Below the pieces are notes generated by a model. That model searched no databases and had not been told where the DNA came from. It was given only the letters and a program-made list of their open reading frames with translations. Positions 27,935 to 36,727 of a stretch of DNA of 64,000 nucleotides are shown in pieces. The DNA lies in IMG/VR virus record IMGVR_UViG_3300026257_000002, positions 32,001-96,000 of that record; one strand, 5' to 3'. How positions within the stretch are numbered: the stretch's first letter is position 1; each line of letters opens with the position of its first letter. The translations under genes were made by a program, and so were the position numbers. The DNA comes from a virus.

Positions 27935-29604
27935 TATAGATGCGACCCCATATAAGTAAACTCTGATGATACATCACCATACTCATCTAAGAACCAACGA
28001 TCACCATCCTTATCTACAAAACTTTCCTGATCCTCTAGACCATCAGAAATAAATCCAAAGGGTGACATATCCTGTTCGATTTGATTTTTCTGCTCGTCAT
28101 AAATTCTTTGACGAACATCATTATCCGTCATCTCTTTGAAGTAATCTTGTACTGCTAACCAGCAGAAGATAACAAGACACATCGCAAGGTCATCATGACA
28201 TCCTTCTTCTGCTTCAAATGATTGACTTTTTTGAATGAATGTAGTTAACTCACTGATAGTATCGTAATCTGGGATTATAAGTTTATCATCTTCAATGAAA
28301 GTTTTTAAGTTTAGACATCCAACCTTCTTCACGGTCTTAGACATCTTTACACCCAACTGCGTTTTCTTTCCAGAAAATCCTGTGCCTACAATTTGCCCTG
28401 CTCGCCCTCTCATGGCACACATTAAAATATTGTCATACTCCAAATCAAAATGCATCATCGATGCTATCTGATCTCCAATATCATTTACTTCAGTTAAAAC
28501 ATATGCCCTATTATATCCATTCGCCATATCAGTGATGATGGATGGGAACATCATAGGTTTAATTTCGTTATTTTTATAACGTGCTACCAACCTGTAAGGG
28601 AACTTTGTGATGTCAAAAACCAAAAATGCACTGTAATCACTACCCACACCACGAGCAACGTCAACAGTAATAATATAATCATGTTCTTTTTGGGGATTTT
28701 CATATACTACTAAACCTTTTCCGTTATCGGCAATAGGATCATCATACACCATTGTTCGCAGTTTGCTTGCCGCAATTAACGTATCCACAGATCCAAGGAA
28801 CTCACACTCAAACTCTTGAGTGAACTGGCGTTGAGATGTGTTGGCAATCGTTTGCTCTTTCCAGTTGGCATCTCTACCAGGAACTTGACTCCAGTGTACT
28901 TCTGTAGTGATATATTCGTTCTTACCTCTCTCAGCATCATGCCAGAGTTTGTAGAACATGTTCATGCCGTTAGGCGTTGAGATAATAATAACCTTAGTAG
29001 ACTTACCTGAGGAGATCGTGGGATATACTGAGGAGAAAAACTGTTCGGCAATGTGAGTTGGAACGAACGCAAATTCGTCCAAGAAGATGATGTTGAATGA
29101 CATACCTCGGACAGCAGAACTAGAAGTAGATGCTGCCATAATCTTAGAACCATTCTCAAGTTCTAGAGATCCTTTATTCCACGCCACAATACCTTGCTGC
29201 ATCCACTTGGGAAGATTTTCATAGGCAAGTTGCAACCTTCCAAGAAGTTCTCTGGATGTGCTTAGTTTGTTTGCTAGGATACCGATGTTAACGTTATCAT
29301 TAAAGATACAATAATGTAGCAAGTAAGAAACCACAGTGGTACTCTTACCAGTCTGACGTGGTAGTTTAGCAATATTGAAACGGTTTGTATGAAACCTTTT
29401 AATCATGTCCTCCTGAAAGTCCCACATTTTAAATGGAACCAGACCTTCATCTAGAGAAACAATCTTGATATAATTTCTAGTAAAGTATACAGGATCATCA
29501 GCACACTTTAACCACTCCTGAACTTGATCTGGAGTGAAACTCATTTCCACATTCGCCGCTTTTAAATTAGGCGAACCTTTATAAATTTTATCAGCTTTAA
29601 TCAT
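27934..29604 (-). CDS. g17: Terminase large subunit gp17
   Basis: LPRQTGKST, IFLDEFAFV, ISTPNG, VDVARG, HDDLAM. Confidence 0.98.
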   Translation of the reverse strand: MIKADKIYKGSPNLKAANVEMSFTPDQVQEWLKCADDPVYFTRNYIKIVSLDEGLVPFKMWDFQEDMIKRFHTNRFNIAKLPRQTGKSTTVVSYLLHYCIFNDNVNIGILANKLSTSRELLGRLQLAYENLPKWMQQGIVAWNKGSLELENGSKIMAASTSSSAVRGMSFNIIFLDEFAFVPTHIAEQFFSSVYPTISSGKSTKVIIISTPNGMNMFYKLWHDAERGKNEYITTEVHWSQVPGRDANWKEQTIANTSQRQFTQEFECEFLGSVDTLIAASKLRTMVYDDPIADNGKGLVVYENPQKEHDYIITVDVARGVGSDYSAFLVFDITKFPYRLVARYKNNEIKPMMFPSIITDMANGYNRAYVLTEVNDIGDQIASMMHFDLEYDNILMCAMRGRAGQIVGTGFSGKKTQLGVKMSKTVKKVGCLNLKTFIEDDKLIIPDYDTISELTTFIQKSQSFEAEEGCHDDLAMCLVIFCWLAVQDYFKEMTDNDVRQRIYDEQKNQIEQDMSPFGFISDGLEDQESFVDKDGDRWFLDEYGDVSSEFTYMGSHL

Positions 29605-29613
29605 AATAATTTT

Positions 29614-29814
29614 TTACATCATTTCACCGAATAAATGTTTTTTATCATGTTCAATAGTTTTTCTTGTCATATCTAATATTTTTTGTAAATTCTCTGCTTT
29701 CTTCTTTAGCTCTTCTATTTCTTTGTTATGGTCCTCCTGTTTGGAGGCGTGATTGTCCTTCTTCTGTGAGTCCAAATTCTTTTGTGATAGTCCTCTCCAA
29801 CTGCTTAGAAGCAT
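29614..29814 (-). CDS. Small coiled-coil hypothetical protein (start uncertain)
   Basis: EIEELKKKAENLQKILDMTRKTIEHDKK; overlaps the next ORF in another frame. Confidence 0.45.
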   Translation of the reverse strand: MLLSSWRGLSQKNLDSQKKDNHASKQEDHNKEIEELKKKAENLQKILDMTRKTIEHDKKHLFGEMM

Positions 29815-29869
29815 CCTTATCCGAACGTTTAGCTTCTAATAACTCTCTAAATTCTTTAAATTTTTTCAT
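29726..29869 (-). CDS. 47-aa hypothetical protein (below the ORF-track cutoff)
   Basis: Hand translation MKKFKEFRELLEAKRSDKDASKQLERTITKEFGLTEEGQSRLQTGGP; AATAAATA at 29894-29901 upstream. Confidence 0.55.
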   Translation of the reverse strand: MKKFKEFRELLEAKRSDKDASKQLERTITKEFGLTEEGQSRLQTGGP

Positions 29870-29900
29870 ACTAGTTGGGAGGGTTTACTAATATATTTAT

Positions 29901-30161
29901 TTAATTTCCATATGCAATTAGTGTCGCCCATACCGAAGATCCGCCAGTAGAAGCTTCTACAACAGCACCAGGTTCTTTTTTGATTGCCATTCCTGCATTA
30001 GCAGGAATATAAACTGTTACTGGTGAAGCATTAGCAACAGTAACTTTGGCAGCATTAGAGTGAGTGTTTACTACCCAAAGAAGTGTTCCTGCTAAAGCAG
30101 CAGCATCAGCTAATGCAGCTGCTTGAATATCTTCTGCGGCAGTGAGAGGTTTGATGATCAT
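29901..30161 (-). CDS. Small beta-rich late protein, probably a virion accessory
   Basis: 86 aa; GATAAATA at 30180-30187. Confidence 0.7.
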   Translation of the reverse strand: MIIKPLTAAEDIQAAALADAAALAGTLLWVVNTHSNAAKVTVANASPVTVYIPANAGMAIKKEPGAVVEASTGGSSVWATLIAYGN

Positions 30162-30178
30162 TTGTCTATACTTTTTAG

Positions 30179-30595
30179 TTATTTATCTTCTAAATTATTT
30201 TTTGCCTTCTTCAACATCTTTGCTAGATCAGCAGTAGATCCAACAAACATAGTATTATTAACTGTCGTCGGACCTTTCTTTTCTTCTTGACCTAGATCTT
30301 TCATTTTCTTCTGAAGATCAGATAACTTATCAGTGATGTCAGCAACGTTCTTAATGCCCTGGAAGGCGACTTCGTATGCTCTTGGATGATTGCTACTCCT
30401 AGCAACGTCAAGCAACTCCTCAATGGCAACCTGACCCTTCTGAATGAGTTCATATAACTCACCACGGGCATACTTATAATCTGTTTCTATGTCAACACTA
30501 GTAACATCAACCTTTTCAAGTTTGGGTTGCTCCTCTTCATCCATAGGAGTGATGTTAAAAATATCCTCCATATTTTGCTGGAATTTATTGTCCAT
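30179..30595 (-). CDS. g16: Terminase small subunit gp16
   Basis: DYKYARGEL, HPRAYEV, NNTMFVGST. Confidence 0.92.
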   Translation of the reverse strand: MDNKFQQNMEDIFNITPMDEEEQPKLEKVDVTSVDIETDYKYARGELYELIQKGQVAIEELLDVARSSNHPRAYEVAFQGIKNVADITDKLSDLQKKMKDLGQEEKKGPTTVNNTMFVGSTADLAKMLKKAKNNLEDK

Positions 30596-31391
30596 GATAT
30601 ATTATACCTTCATTAAATCCAAAATCATCATCTGGTTGCAACAGAGCATCATCAGCAGCATTAATAACACCATCAGTGTTTTTATCTTCTAATGCTTTAG
30701 GAGTGACGTTATATTCAAGTGCCCTTTGATTAGTATCTTTATCACCAATAAGAGTAGTAGCAATAGATTTTCTAATGATATCATTAGCAGCAACAGGACC
30801 ATACATAAAGGTCTTGACGCTAAATCTTAGTGTGTAATAAATATATCTTCTGGTGGAGTAATCACCTTCATATTCATCAGTATAATCAATACTTTCTAAG
30901 ATGATTGGAATATCCCTCTTCTCATTCATTTCAGGAATGAGATCGATAGTCATAGTAAACTGTGGTTGAAAGAATGGTAAAATCTGTTCAACGATTTGAA
31001 GAGCATCATCTTGAGATTTTGCAATAGCATTAAGTTCAAATCCAATAGTATATGGAACAGGAAGATACTGTACCTTTATAGTTTCAGTCTTCCCATCACC
31101 CACTACTTTATTTCTTTGAATGGGTGGAACTTTTCTTCCTGTATCATACTGCAAAGATGTCATCTCAAATGATAACCTAGGCACAGTAACAGTTACCTTC
31201 TTATCAAGATTAGGAGATTGCTCAAGTCTTGCTAAAAATTTCTGAATAGGTCCATACGCTAAAGGAACCTTCTGCTGAGTGACTAGATCACCATTAGCAT
31301 CAGTTGTCTTTAATTGAATATTATTAAAGAGAGTACCAAAAGTGGTTACAGTCTTTCTAATAATTTGGTGATAAAAATAATTTCCTAACAT
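30585..31391 (-). CDS. g15: Tail sheath stabilizer/terminator gp15
   Basis: YFYHQIIRK...FGTLFNNI, VPLAYGP, PRLSFE, QILPFFQP. Confidence 0.95.
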   Translation of the reverse strand: MLGNYFYHQIIRKTVTTFGTLFNNIQLKTTDANGDLVTQQKVPLAYGPIQKFLARLEQSPNLDKKVTVTVPRLSFEMTSLQYDTGRKVPPIQRNKVVGDGKTETIKVQYLPVPYTIGFELNAIAKSQDDALQIVEQILPFFQPQFTMTIDLIPEMNEKRDIPIILESIDYTDEYEGDYSTRRYIYYTLRFSVKTFMYGPVAANDIIRKSIATTLIGDKDTNQRALEYNVTPKALEDKNTDGVINAADDALLQPDDDFGFNEGIIYHGQ

Positions 31392-32536
31392 TAAAAGCTA
31401 CCAGTAAAATTGCCAAATTCGCCAAACGGATTTGCTTCCGTAAAATCAACAATGCCATCCGCTGCTGTTTCAAGTTCCCTATTTTCAGAGAAACTATCAG
31501 TCATATCGAGAGTATCAAAAGAACCTACGGTCCATCGTGCATCTGAATCTGCACCAACAATTTCTTCGTTTATGTCGAAATCGCCGTTCATATAAGCAAC
31601 TTTCAAAATCCTAGTGCTAGAATCATATTCAGCTACTTTACCAACAATGTTTCCGGGTGAAGAATCAATTGTAATAATTGGATTCCATCCGGTAATAGAC
31701 TCAATATTACCATCTCCATCGTAAGTGATATCTCCATATATGTATGATCCTGCAGGAGCATTAACAGCACTGACTACACCATCGGTGATCGCAGTTGTAG
31801 ATGAAGTAATGAATGTTCCAGTGGGAGAATACCAAAATGCATTGGGGGCAGTTTCGTATTTCTGACCAGCTGATGTGATAGTAATCGCACCAAGAACTCC
31901 ATTTGCATCAGCAACTGCGGTTGCAGCTGCATCAAATCTAGTTCCAGAAACTTTTTCATCTTCAGTGAAATGTCCACTTCCATTGAGGTTCAGTAGAATC
32001 GGATATACTCCAGATTCCATTTCAGTGTTGTCAATAGAAGTAACGCCAGTATCGAAGATACTATCGCCATACTCAAAGACTTCACATGTTAATGTATATG
32101 TATATAGACTTCCTAATTGATAGAATGGTTTTTGATTCTCTACATACTTGATTTCAAATACAGTTTCATTTAATGGGAACCAAATAAGATCGCCATCATT
32201 AGGTCTTCCAGTTACAATTTTATTTGTAGCGGTATCTGCAAAATCTTGCCACCTTCTTCTAGAAACCGTAAGTTGAATTTCATCAGTTACACGAAGACCA
32301 AACTTAGAAAGCATATCTCCATTACCACCAAATTGCTCAAAGTTTTCAAGATACATCTCAATGAGATAACTATCTTTAAACTGTGAGTAATAGATGTCAT
32401 TCCATAGTTTATCCTCATGAATTTGACGAGGAATGTAATAACATTCCAGACCATACATTTTGATCTGTTCGTCTACAATATCCTGAACTAAACCTTGCTC
32501 ACCTTTTGTTCCTTGTGTAAAGTATAAGTTCTTCAT
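31391..32536 (-). CDS. g14: Neck protein gp14 (with an internal beta-repeat insertion)
   Basis: MYGLECYYIPR, RPNDGDLIWFP, FEIKYVE, C-terminal NPFGEF. Confidence 0.92.
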   Translation of the reverse strand: MKNLYFTQGTKGEQGLVQDIVDEQIKMYGLECYYIPRQIHEDKLWNDIYYSQFKDSYLIEMYLENFEQFGGNGDMLSKFGLRVTDEIQLTVSRRRWQDFADTATNKIVTGRPNDGDLIWFPLNETVFEIKYVENQKPFYQLGSLYTYTLTCEVFEYGDSIFDTGVTSIDNTEMESGVYPILLNLNGSGHFTEDEKVSGTRFDAAATAVADANGVLGAITITSAGQKYETAPNAFWYSPTGTFITSSTTAITDGVVSAVNAPAGSYIYGDITYDGDGNIESITGWNPIITIDSSPGNIVGKVAEYDSSTRILKVAYMNGDFDINEEIVGADSDARWTVGSFDTLDMTDSFSENRELETAADGIVDFTEANPFGEFGNFTGSF

Positions 32537-33331
32537 TTATCCGATCATGTCTAGTGGTGGTAACTCTGCTGCTAACTTAAACTCTTCCATGATCACTGCA
32601 ATCTCACGTTCAGCATCCTCATAGAACTCTCTGCCGTTGAGAGATGTTCCACCAGGAAGTTGAACGTTTTTAAATTTAATTAAGTTCTGACCCCATTGAC
32701 GTTTAATCAATGAAGTAAGATATCTCTTTAACCAAACATCATTATAAACTTCTGTAGCAGTAGTAGGATCAAGCATCCTATAACATTCAACAAGTAAATG
32801 TTGTCCAGCTGTAATCTGGTCCCAGTCAGTATCAATATATAATTTATTTTCTCTTTTATTAAATCTTACTGGTTTAAAATTTCCAATAACCCAATCAAGA
32901 GTTTCCAAATATTGTTTTACCATGTAATAATTTAAGATTTCCATTGAACCAAAGTTATAGAAATCATTCAGGAATAACTGATACTTCATACTGAAGATAT
33001 TTCCAGATACCGCTGATGAACTATTGTCATAAGCATACACTTGTGTTATACCTAGAACATGATCTGGTATTGTAATAAAATTATTTTGCTCTTTAAAATC
33101 TGATCCAGCAATTGTACTGTTCGCTTTTGCGTCAGTAATCATTGACTCAGTAATTTCTATTTTTAAAAATGTTTTGATGGATCCATCAAAATGACGCTCT
33201 TGAAAGAATTGAATAGCATCGTCTACAAGATCTTCAACTTGATCATCATCTACGTTGATCTCTAGTACGGGAAAACCTAATTTCCTTAAACTATAATCAA
33301 TTAATTCCTGGCGTGATGAGGGTCGTGCCAT
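32537..33331 (-). CDS. g13: Neck protein gp13
   Basis: RKLGFPVLEINVDDDQ, KRQWGQNLIKF, QLPGG. Confidence 0.95.
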   Translation of the reverse strand: MARPSSRQELIDYSLRKLGFPVLEINVDDDQVEDLVDDAIQFFQERHFDGSIKTFLKIEITESMITDAKANSTIAGSDFKEQNNFITIPDHVLGITQVYAYDNSSSAVSGNIFSMKYQLFLNDFYNFGSMEILNYYMVKQYLETLDWVIGNFKPVRFNKRENKLYIDTDWDQITAGQHLLVECYRMLDPTTATEVYNDVWLKRYLTSLIKRQWGQNLIKFKNVQLPGGTSLNGREFYEDAEREIAVIMEEFKLAAELPPLDMIG

Positions 33332-33335
33332 GAAT

Positions 33336-33370
33336 AAAAAAATACCCCTAGTTTCCTAGAGGTATTTATA
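33336..33370 (-). terminator. Terminator whose 5' arm overlaps the g13 late promoter TATAAATA (33363-33370)
   Basis: TATAAATACCTCTAGGAAACTAGGGGTATTTTTTT. Confidence 0.8.
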
Positions 33371-33371
33371 A

Positions 33372-33959
33372 TTAAATATTAATTTGAGGTAAACCACAAT
33401 TAAATGAAAGAATTATTTTTTCACCATCAGTTTCTTGATAGGGTGTAGCATGATGTAAGTCACTGTGGAAAAGTAATAATGATGCTGGATTACATTTTAA
33501 TGTAAACACAGCACTTGAATAGTCATTCGCTATTTCAGGTTCAGCAAATGGAGACTTATTTGGATCCCAAAAATTTATAACATTTTCAGATACTGTTTTT
33601 ATATAAAAAGCTCCCGAAATAAAACTACCTGGGTGTGTATGAGGAAATAAATAATTTCCCTTGGTTCCAATATTAAACCACATCATATCAACTTTAGTAT
33701 TGCTTGCTATATGATGAGAATACCCATACTCAGTTAAATATTGCTTAATATGATAATTTATCTCATCAGTTAAATTTTTAAATGGCGGTATTCTATGAAG
33801 AGTCTTTATAACCTTATGACTTGATTTTACTCTGAAATAAGGAGTTGTTTTGCTTTTTTTTGAAATACTTTTAATTTCAGTTTCAAAATTTTCTAATTGA
33901 TCTTCGCAAACATTAGTTGCTTCGTATACAGTTTTTGGTAAAATTTTATGTATTGTCAT
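33372..33959 (-). CDS. 2OG-Fe(II) oxygenase (TIGR02466-like)
   Basis: WFNI...PHTHPGSFISGAFY...LLLFHSDLHH...KIILSFN. Confidence 0.8.
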   Translation of the reverse strand: MTIHKILPKTVYEATNVCEDQLENFETEIKSISKKSKTTPYFRVKSSHKVIKTLHRIPPFKNLTDEINYHIKQYLTEYGYSHHIASNTKVDMMWFNIGTKGNYLFPHTHPGSFISGAFYIKTVSENVINFWDPNKSPFAEPEIANDYSSAVFTLKCNPASLLLFHSDLHHATPYQETDGEKIILSFNCGLPQINI

Positions 33960-33973
33960 AATAAAAATATCTA

Positions 33974-34249
33974 TTAATTATAGTCTACCATAACTTTACC
34001 TTGTTCAGGATCAACCTCAACTTCATTCATAAACCAGTGCTGAACTGCAATAATATTATCAAAGACTTTTATCTGATCTTGAAATTCACACCACCATAAA
34101 AGATTCTCTACAGGAACTTGAGTCTCAAGATCTTCATGAATGCTTTCATCATCTATAAATGCTTCAATAAGCATATGAGTATCTTCTCCGTGCTTTTCTT
34201 CAATTTTTTTAATTATGTCATACATAGGGATATCCGTAATACTCTCCAT
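33974..34249 (-). CDS. Acidic hypothetical protein
   Basis: ATG start at 34249 preferred (MESITD); the ORF track extends to a TTG at 34279. Confidence 0.65.
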   Translation of the reverse strand: MESITDIPMYDIIKKIEEKHGEDTHMLIEAFIDDESIHEDLETQVPVENLLWWCEFQDQIKVFDNIIAVQHWFMNEVEVDPEQGKVMVDYN

Positions 34250-34294
34250 AGTTTTTGTCAATAAATAAATCTGATACAATCTATATATGTCAAC

Positions 34295-34323
34295 TTGACA
34301 TTATTAATGTATTGTGTTAACAT
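34295..34323 (+). promoter_or_regulatory. Sigma70-type promoter for the inverted operon
   Basis: TTGACA-17 nt-TAACAT with extended TGn, about 20 nt before the ATG at 34345. Confidence 0.75.
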
Positions 34324-34344
34324 ATAGAAAAGAAATTTAAAACC

Positions 34345-34803
34345 ATGAGCATTCAACTTTGTTTATTAGAAACCGGAGAAACCATTATTGCTGATATCAA
34401 AGAAGCAATAGACCCAGATCAAAATAAATCTATGGGATATTTTGTTAGTCATCCATTTATTGTTGATCATAGATGTGAAACAGTTGTTGCTCTTAATAAT
34501 GAAATAGTTGATGACACAGAAGATAAGTCCACGATCTCATTTAAACTTTGGGCACCATTAGCAAGACATTTTGAGTTTAAATTTACATATGATTTTGTTC
34601 GTGTAATTTATGAGCCACATACTAGTTTATCAGAAACTTATATAAGTTTAATTCAAAAATGGCAAGAAGATAATACTGAAGAAATTGTAGCAGATAAGCA
34701 TAGAACTAATATTAGCATTAATACAGAAGAATTAGGAAACCTTGAATCTTCGTCGTCGCAGCAGAGTGCAATTATTAATCCTACAGGAGGAGAAGAAGAA
34801 TAA
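34345..34803 (+). CDS. Small protein, putative Sm-like fold (paralog E)
   Basis: MSIQLCLLETGETIIADIKE, closest to paralog B (MSIQLVLLKSGEELVADIRE); WAP...EP...TY. Confidence 0.8.
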   Translation: MSIQLCLLETGETIIADIKEAIDPDQNKSMGYFVSHPFIVDHRCETVVALNNEIVDDTEDKSTISFKLWAPLARHFEFKFTYDFVRVIYEPHTSLSETYISLIQKWQEDNTEEIVADKHRTNISINTEELGNLESSSSQQSAIINPTGGEEE

Positions 34804-35606
34804 TGTATAGTGATAAAATTCGTACTTTTTATATTAATAATCAAGGTATAAATCCAGATTGTATTATTGAAGAGTTTGATGACTATATTGTCATAGATAA
34901 TTGTTTAAAAAACTTTGATGATTTTAAAAATAATCTTTTAAAATTTCCTGTTGATAATAGTGATGAATTTATTACCGATTTATATAATCACAACATAATA
35001 AGTGCTGATCTTGCAAAACCACCAGGGTATTGTCAAATTTTACCAATACAACTTTTTGAACAGTATATTTTTGAAATTTATAAATTCCTAGTTGAATGTG
35101 AGTATCTACCACAGAGAGTTAATGACAATTTATTGGACCGAGGGTTTCCAAATAAATTATCAAGATGTTGTATTATGACGGGACAAATTTTTCATAATGA
35201 TATGATTATTAATAAAAATGCAAATTCCCCAATGCCTGCAACTGGATCATACTATTCTACACTATTTTTAGATTCAGATGAAAACTCGAATAATGGACTT
35301 AGTTTATATAATTTAATTTACAATGGTGAGAGATATAGTTGCCTAGATGATATTACTAGGCTTACTGATAAAGAATTAGTTTCAGAAATTGCTGATTTTC
35401 TTAATGTAAAACATGGTGTAGATAAATCATTAGAAAAATATACTCAATATCAAGATAATGATTATTTTGAAACAACTAGATTTATTCCAGCAAAAGAAAA
35501 TAGAGTAGTTATTACTAAAGGTGGTAACTGGATTAATCATAAGTATGATTCAACAGAAGAATCCTATCGAATTAACCTAGCACTTAATGAACCTCCAAAA
35601 CAATGA
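34803..35606 (+). CDS. Degenerate 2OG-Fe(II) oxygenase-fold protein (DUF6445-like), HxD missing
   Basis: Aligns by eye with the next ORF (IDNCLKN, PPGYCQ, IPAKENR); SPMPA sits where the paralog has LPHVD. Confidence 0.65.
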   Translation: MYSDKIRTFYINNQGINPDCIIEEFDDYIVIDNCLKNFDDFKNNLLKFPVDNSDEFITDLYNHNIISADLAKPPGYCQILPIQLFEQYIFEIYKFLVECEYLPQRVNDNLLDRGFPNKLSRCCIMTGQIFHNDMIINKNANSPMPATGSYYSTLFLDSDENSNNGLSLYNLIYNGERYSCLDDITRLTDKELVSEIADFLNVKHGVDKSLEKYTQYQDNDYFETTRFIPAKENRVVITKGGNWINHKYDSTEESYRINLALNEPPKQ

Positions 35607-36373
35607 ATAAAATGCTTCTAGATCAATTTACTAGATATACTGCTCGTCAATTAGATGCATTAGTTGAATTTAATCCTGATATGGAAGTTGAATTTAATGT
35701 ATGTGAGGGAACAAAATATTTAAGGATAAGAAATGTTTTGAAACGCCCTGATGATTTAGCTGAGTTTCTTTCTAAATTCCCGGTGGAAGATAGGAATATG
35801 TCTATGGAAGTAGATGGCATGACTCATATTTCAAGTAAAGCACCTGGTTTTCAGCAACCAATCGACAGAACTCACCTTTTAATGTTGGGTCATTCAATAT
35901 ATGACATAGCAACAGCTAATAAACTTATTAAATACAATAGAGAAGATGTAATTTTTGAATATTACACCAATTGTTGTTATCCTGGGATGAGGTCATATAA
36001 TACTAATTATTTACCTCATGTTGATCCTTTTTCTATAGCAGCAAATTTTTATTTAACTGATGTTCCAAATACAGGAACTTCTTTCTTTAAGTTTGTTGGT
36101 GAAGATAATAAATTTTTCTATTCACTATATGATTTACTGCGTGATCGTGGAAGGGGACAACAAAATTATGACGATAATATAGAAAATTACAAAATTGAAT
36201 CGGGATGGGAAGAGTGGAACTATTTTACTGGTGATAATTTCTATCAAAGATATCTATATCTACCAGCAGAATATAATTCATGTTCCATGTATAGAGGAAA
36301 TAGATGGCATGGAATTACTTATGATGCTAATTGTGATGATGTTAGATATTCACTTGTTGGTGTAATCAGATAA
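35603..36373 (+). CDS. 2OG-Fe(II) oxygenase-fold protein (DUF6445-like)
   Basis: LPHVD...AANFYL...GTSFF...PAEYNSCSMYRGNRWHG...RYSL (HxD/H/R). Confidence 0.75.
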   Translation: MNKMLLDQFTRYTARQLDALVEFNPDMEVEFNVCEGTKYLRIRNVLKRPDDLAEFLSKFPVEDRNMSMEVDGMTHISSKAPGFQQPIDRTHLLMLGHSIYDIATANKLIKYNREDVIFEYYTNCCYPGMRSYNTNYLPHVDPFSIAANFYLTDVPNTGTSFFKFVGEDNKFFYSLYDLLRDRGRGQQNYDDNIENYKIESGWEEWNYFTGDNFYQRYLYLPAEYNSCSMYRGNRWHGITYDANCDDVRYSLVGVIR

Positions 36374-36400
36374 AAAAAGGGGGAAATTTCCCCCTTTTTT
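36373..36400. terminator. Bidirectional intrinsic terminator between convergent genes
   Basis: Perfect 28-bp palindrome AAAAAAGGGGGAAATTTCCCCCTTTTTT. Confidence 0.9.
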
Positions 36401-36405
36401 ATTAT

Positions 36406-36708
36406 TTAAGATGGTTTGTGCTCAAATCCCACTCTAGGAACTTTATATTTATTTGTGGAGTATTTGTCCCACAAATCTGCAAGTTTCCTGAGTTCACCTT
36501 TGTCAGCTAATCGTGGGTTTGATCCCAAAATAGAAACTTTAAGTGCTTCATATACATGGACAGCTTCGTGAAATTTTACTTCACCATCTTTCCATTCTGC
36601 AGTATCATCTGCTTTTTCGTCCCATTCCCAGTCAGTAATTTCTTCTAATTTTTGTTTTAAATCCGAGAGGGTATAAGAACCATCCCCTGATATTGTAAAA
36701 TGTGTCAT
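36406..36708 (-). CDS. Hypothetical protein
   Basis: 100 aa, AGGAG SD, probably co-transcribed with the upstream giant gene. Confidence 0.7.
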   Translation of the reverse strand: MTHFTISGDGSYTLSDLKQKLEEITDWEWDEKADDTAEWKDGEVKFHEAVHVYEALKVSILGSNPRLADKGELRKLADLWDKYSTNKYKVPRVGFEHKPS

Positions 36709-36727
36709 TTGATAGTAACTCCTAAAA

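Noticed and set aside
138-29604. Introns, inteins or homing endonucleases in g41, g43, g46, g17, g20 and g23
   Set aside because: All are continuous ORFs of ordinary length with no intein, LAGLIDADG or GIY-YIG motifs seen.
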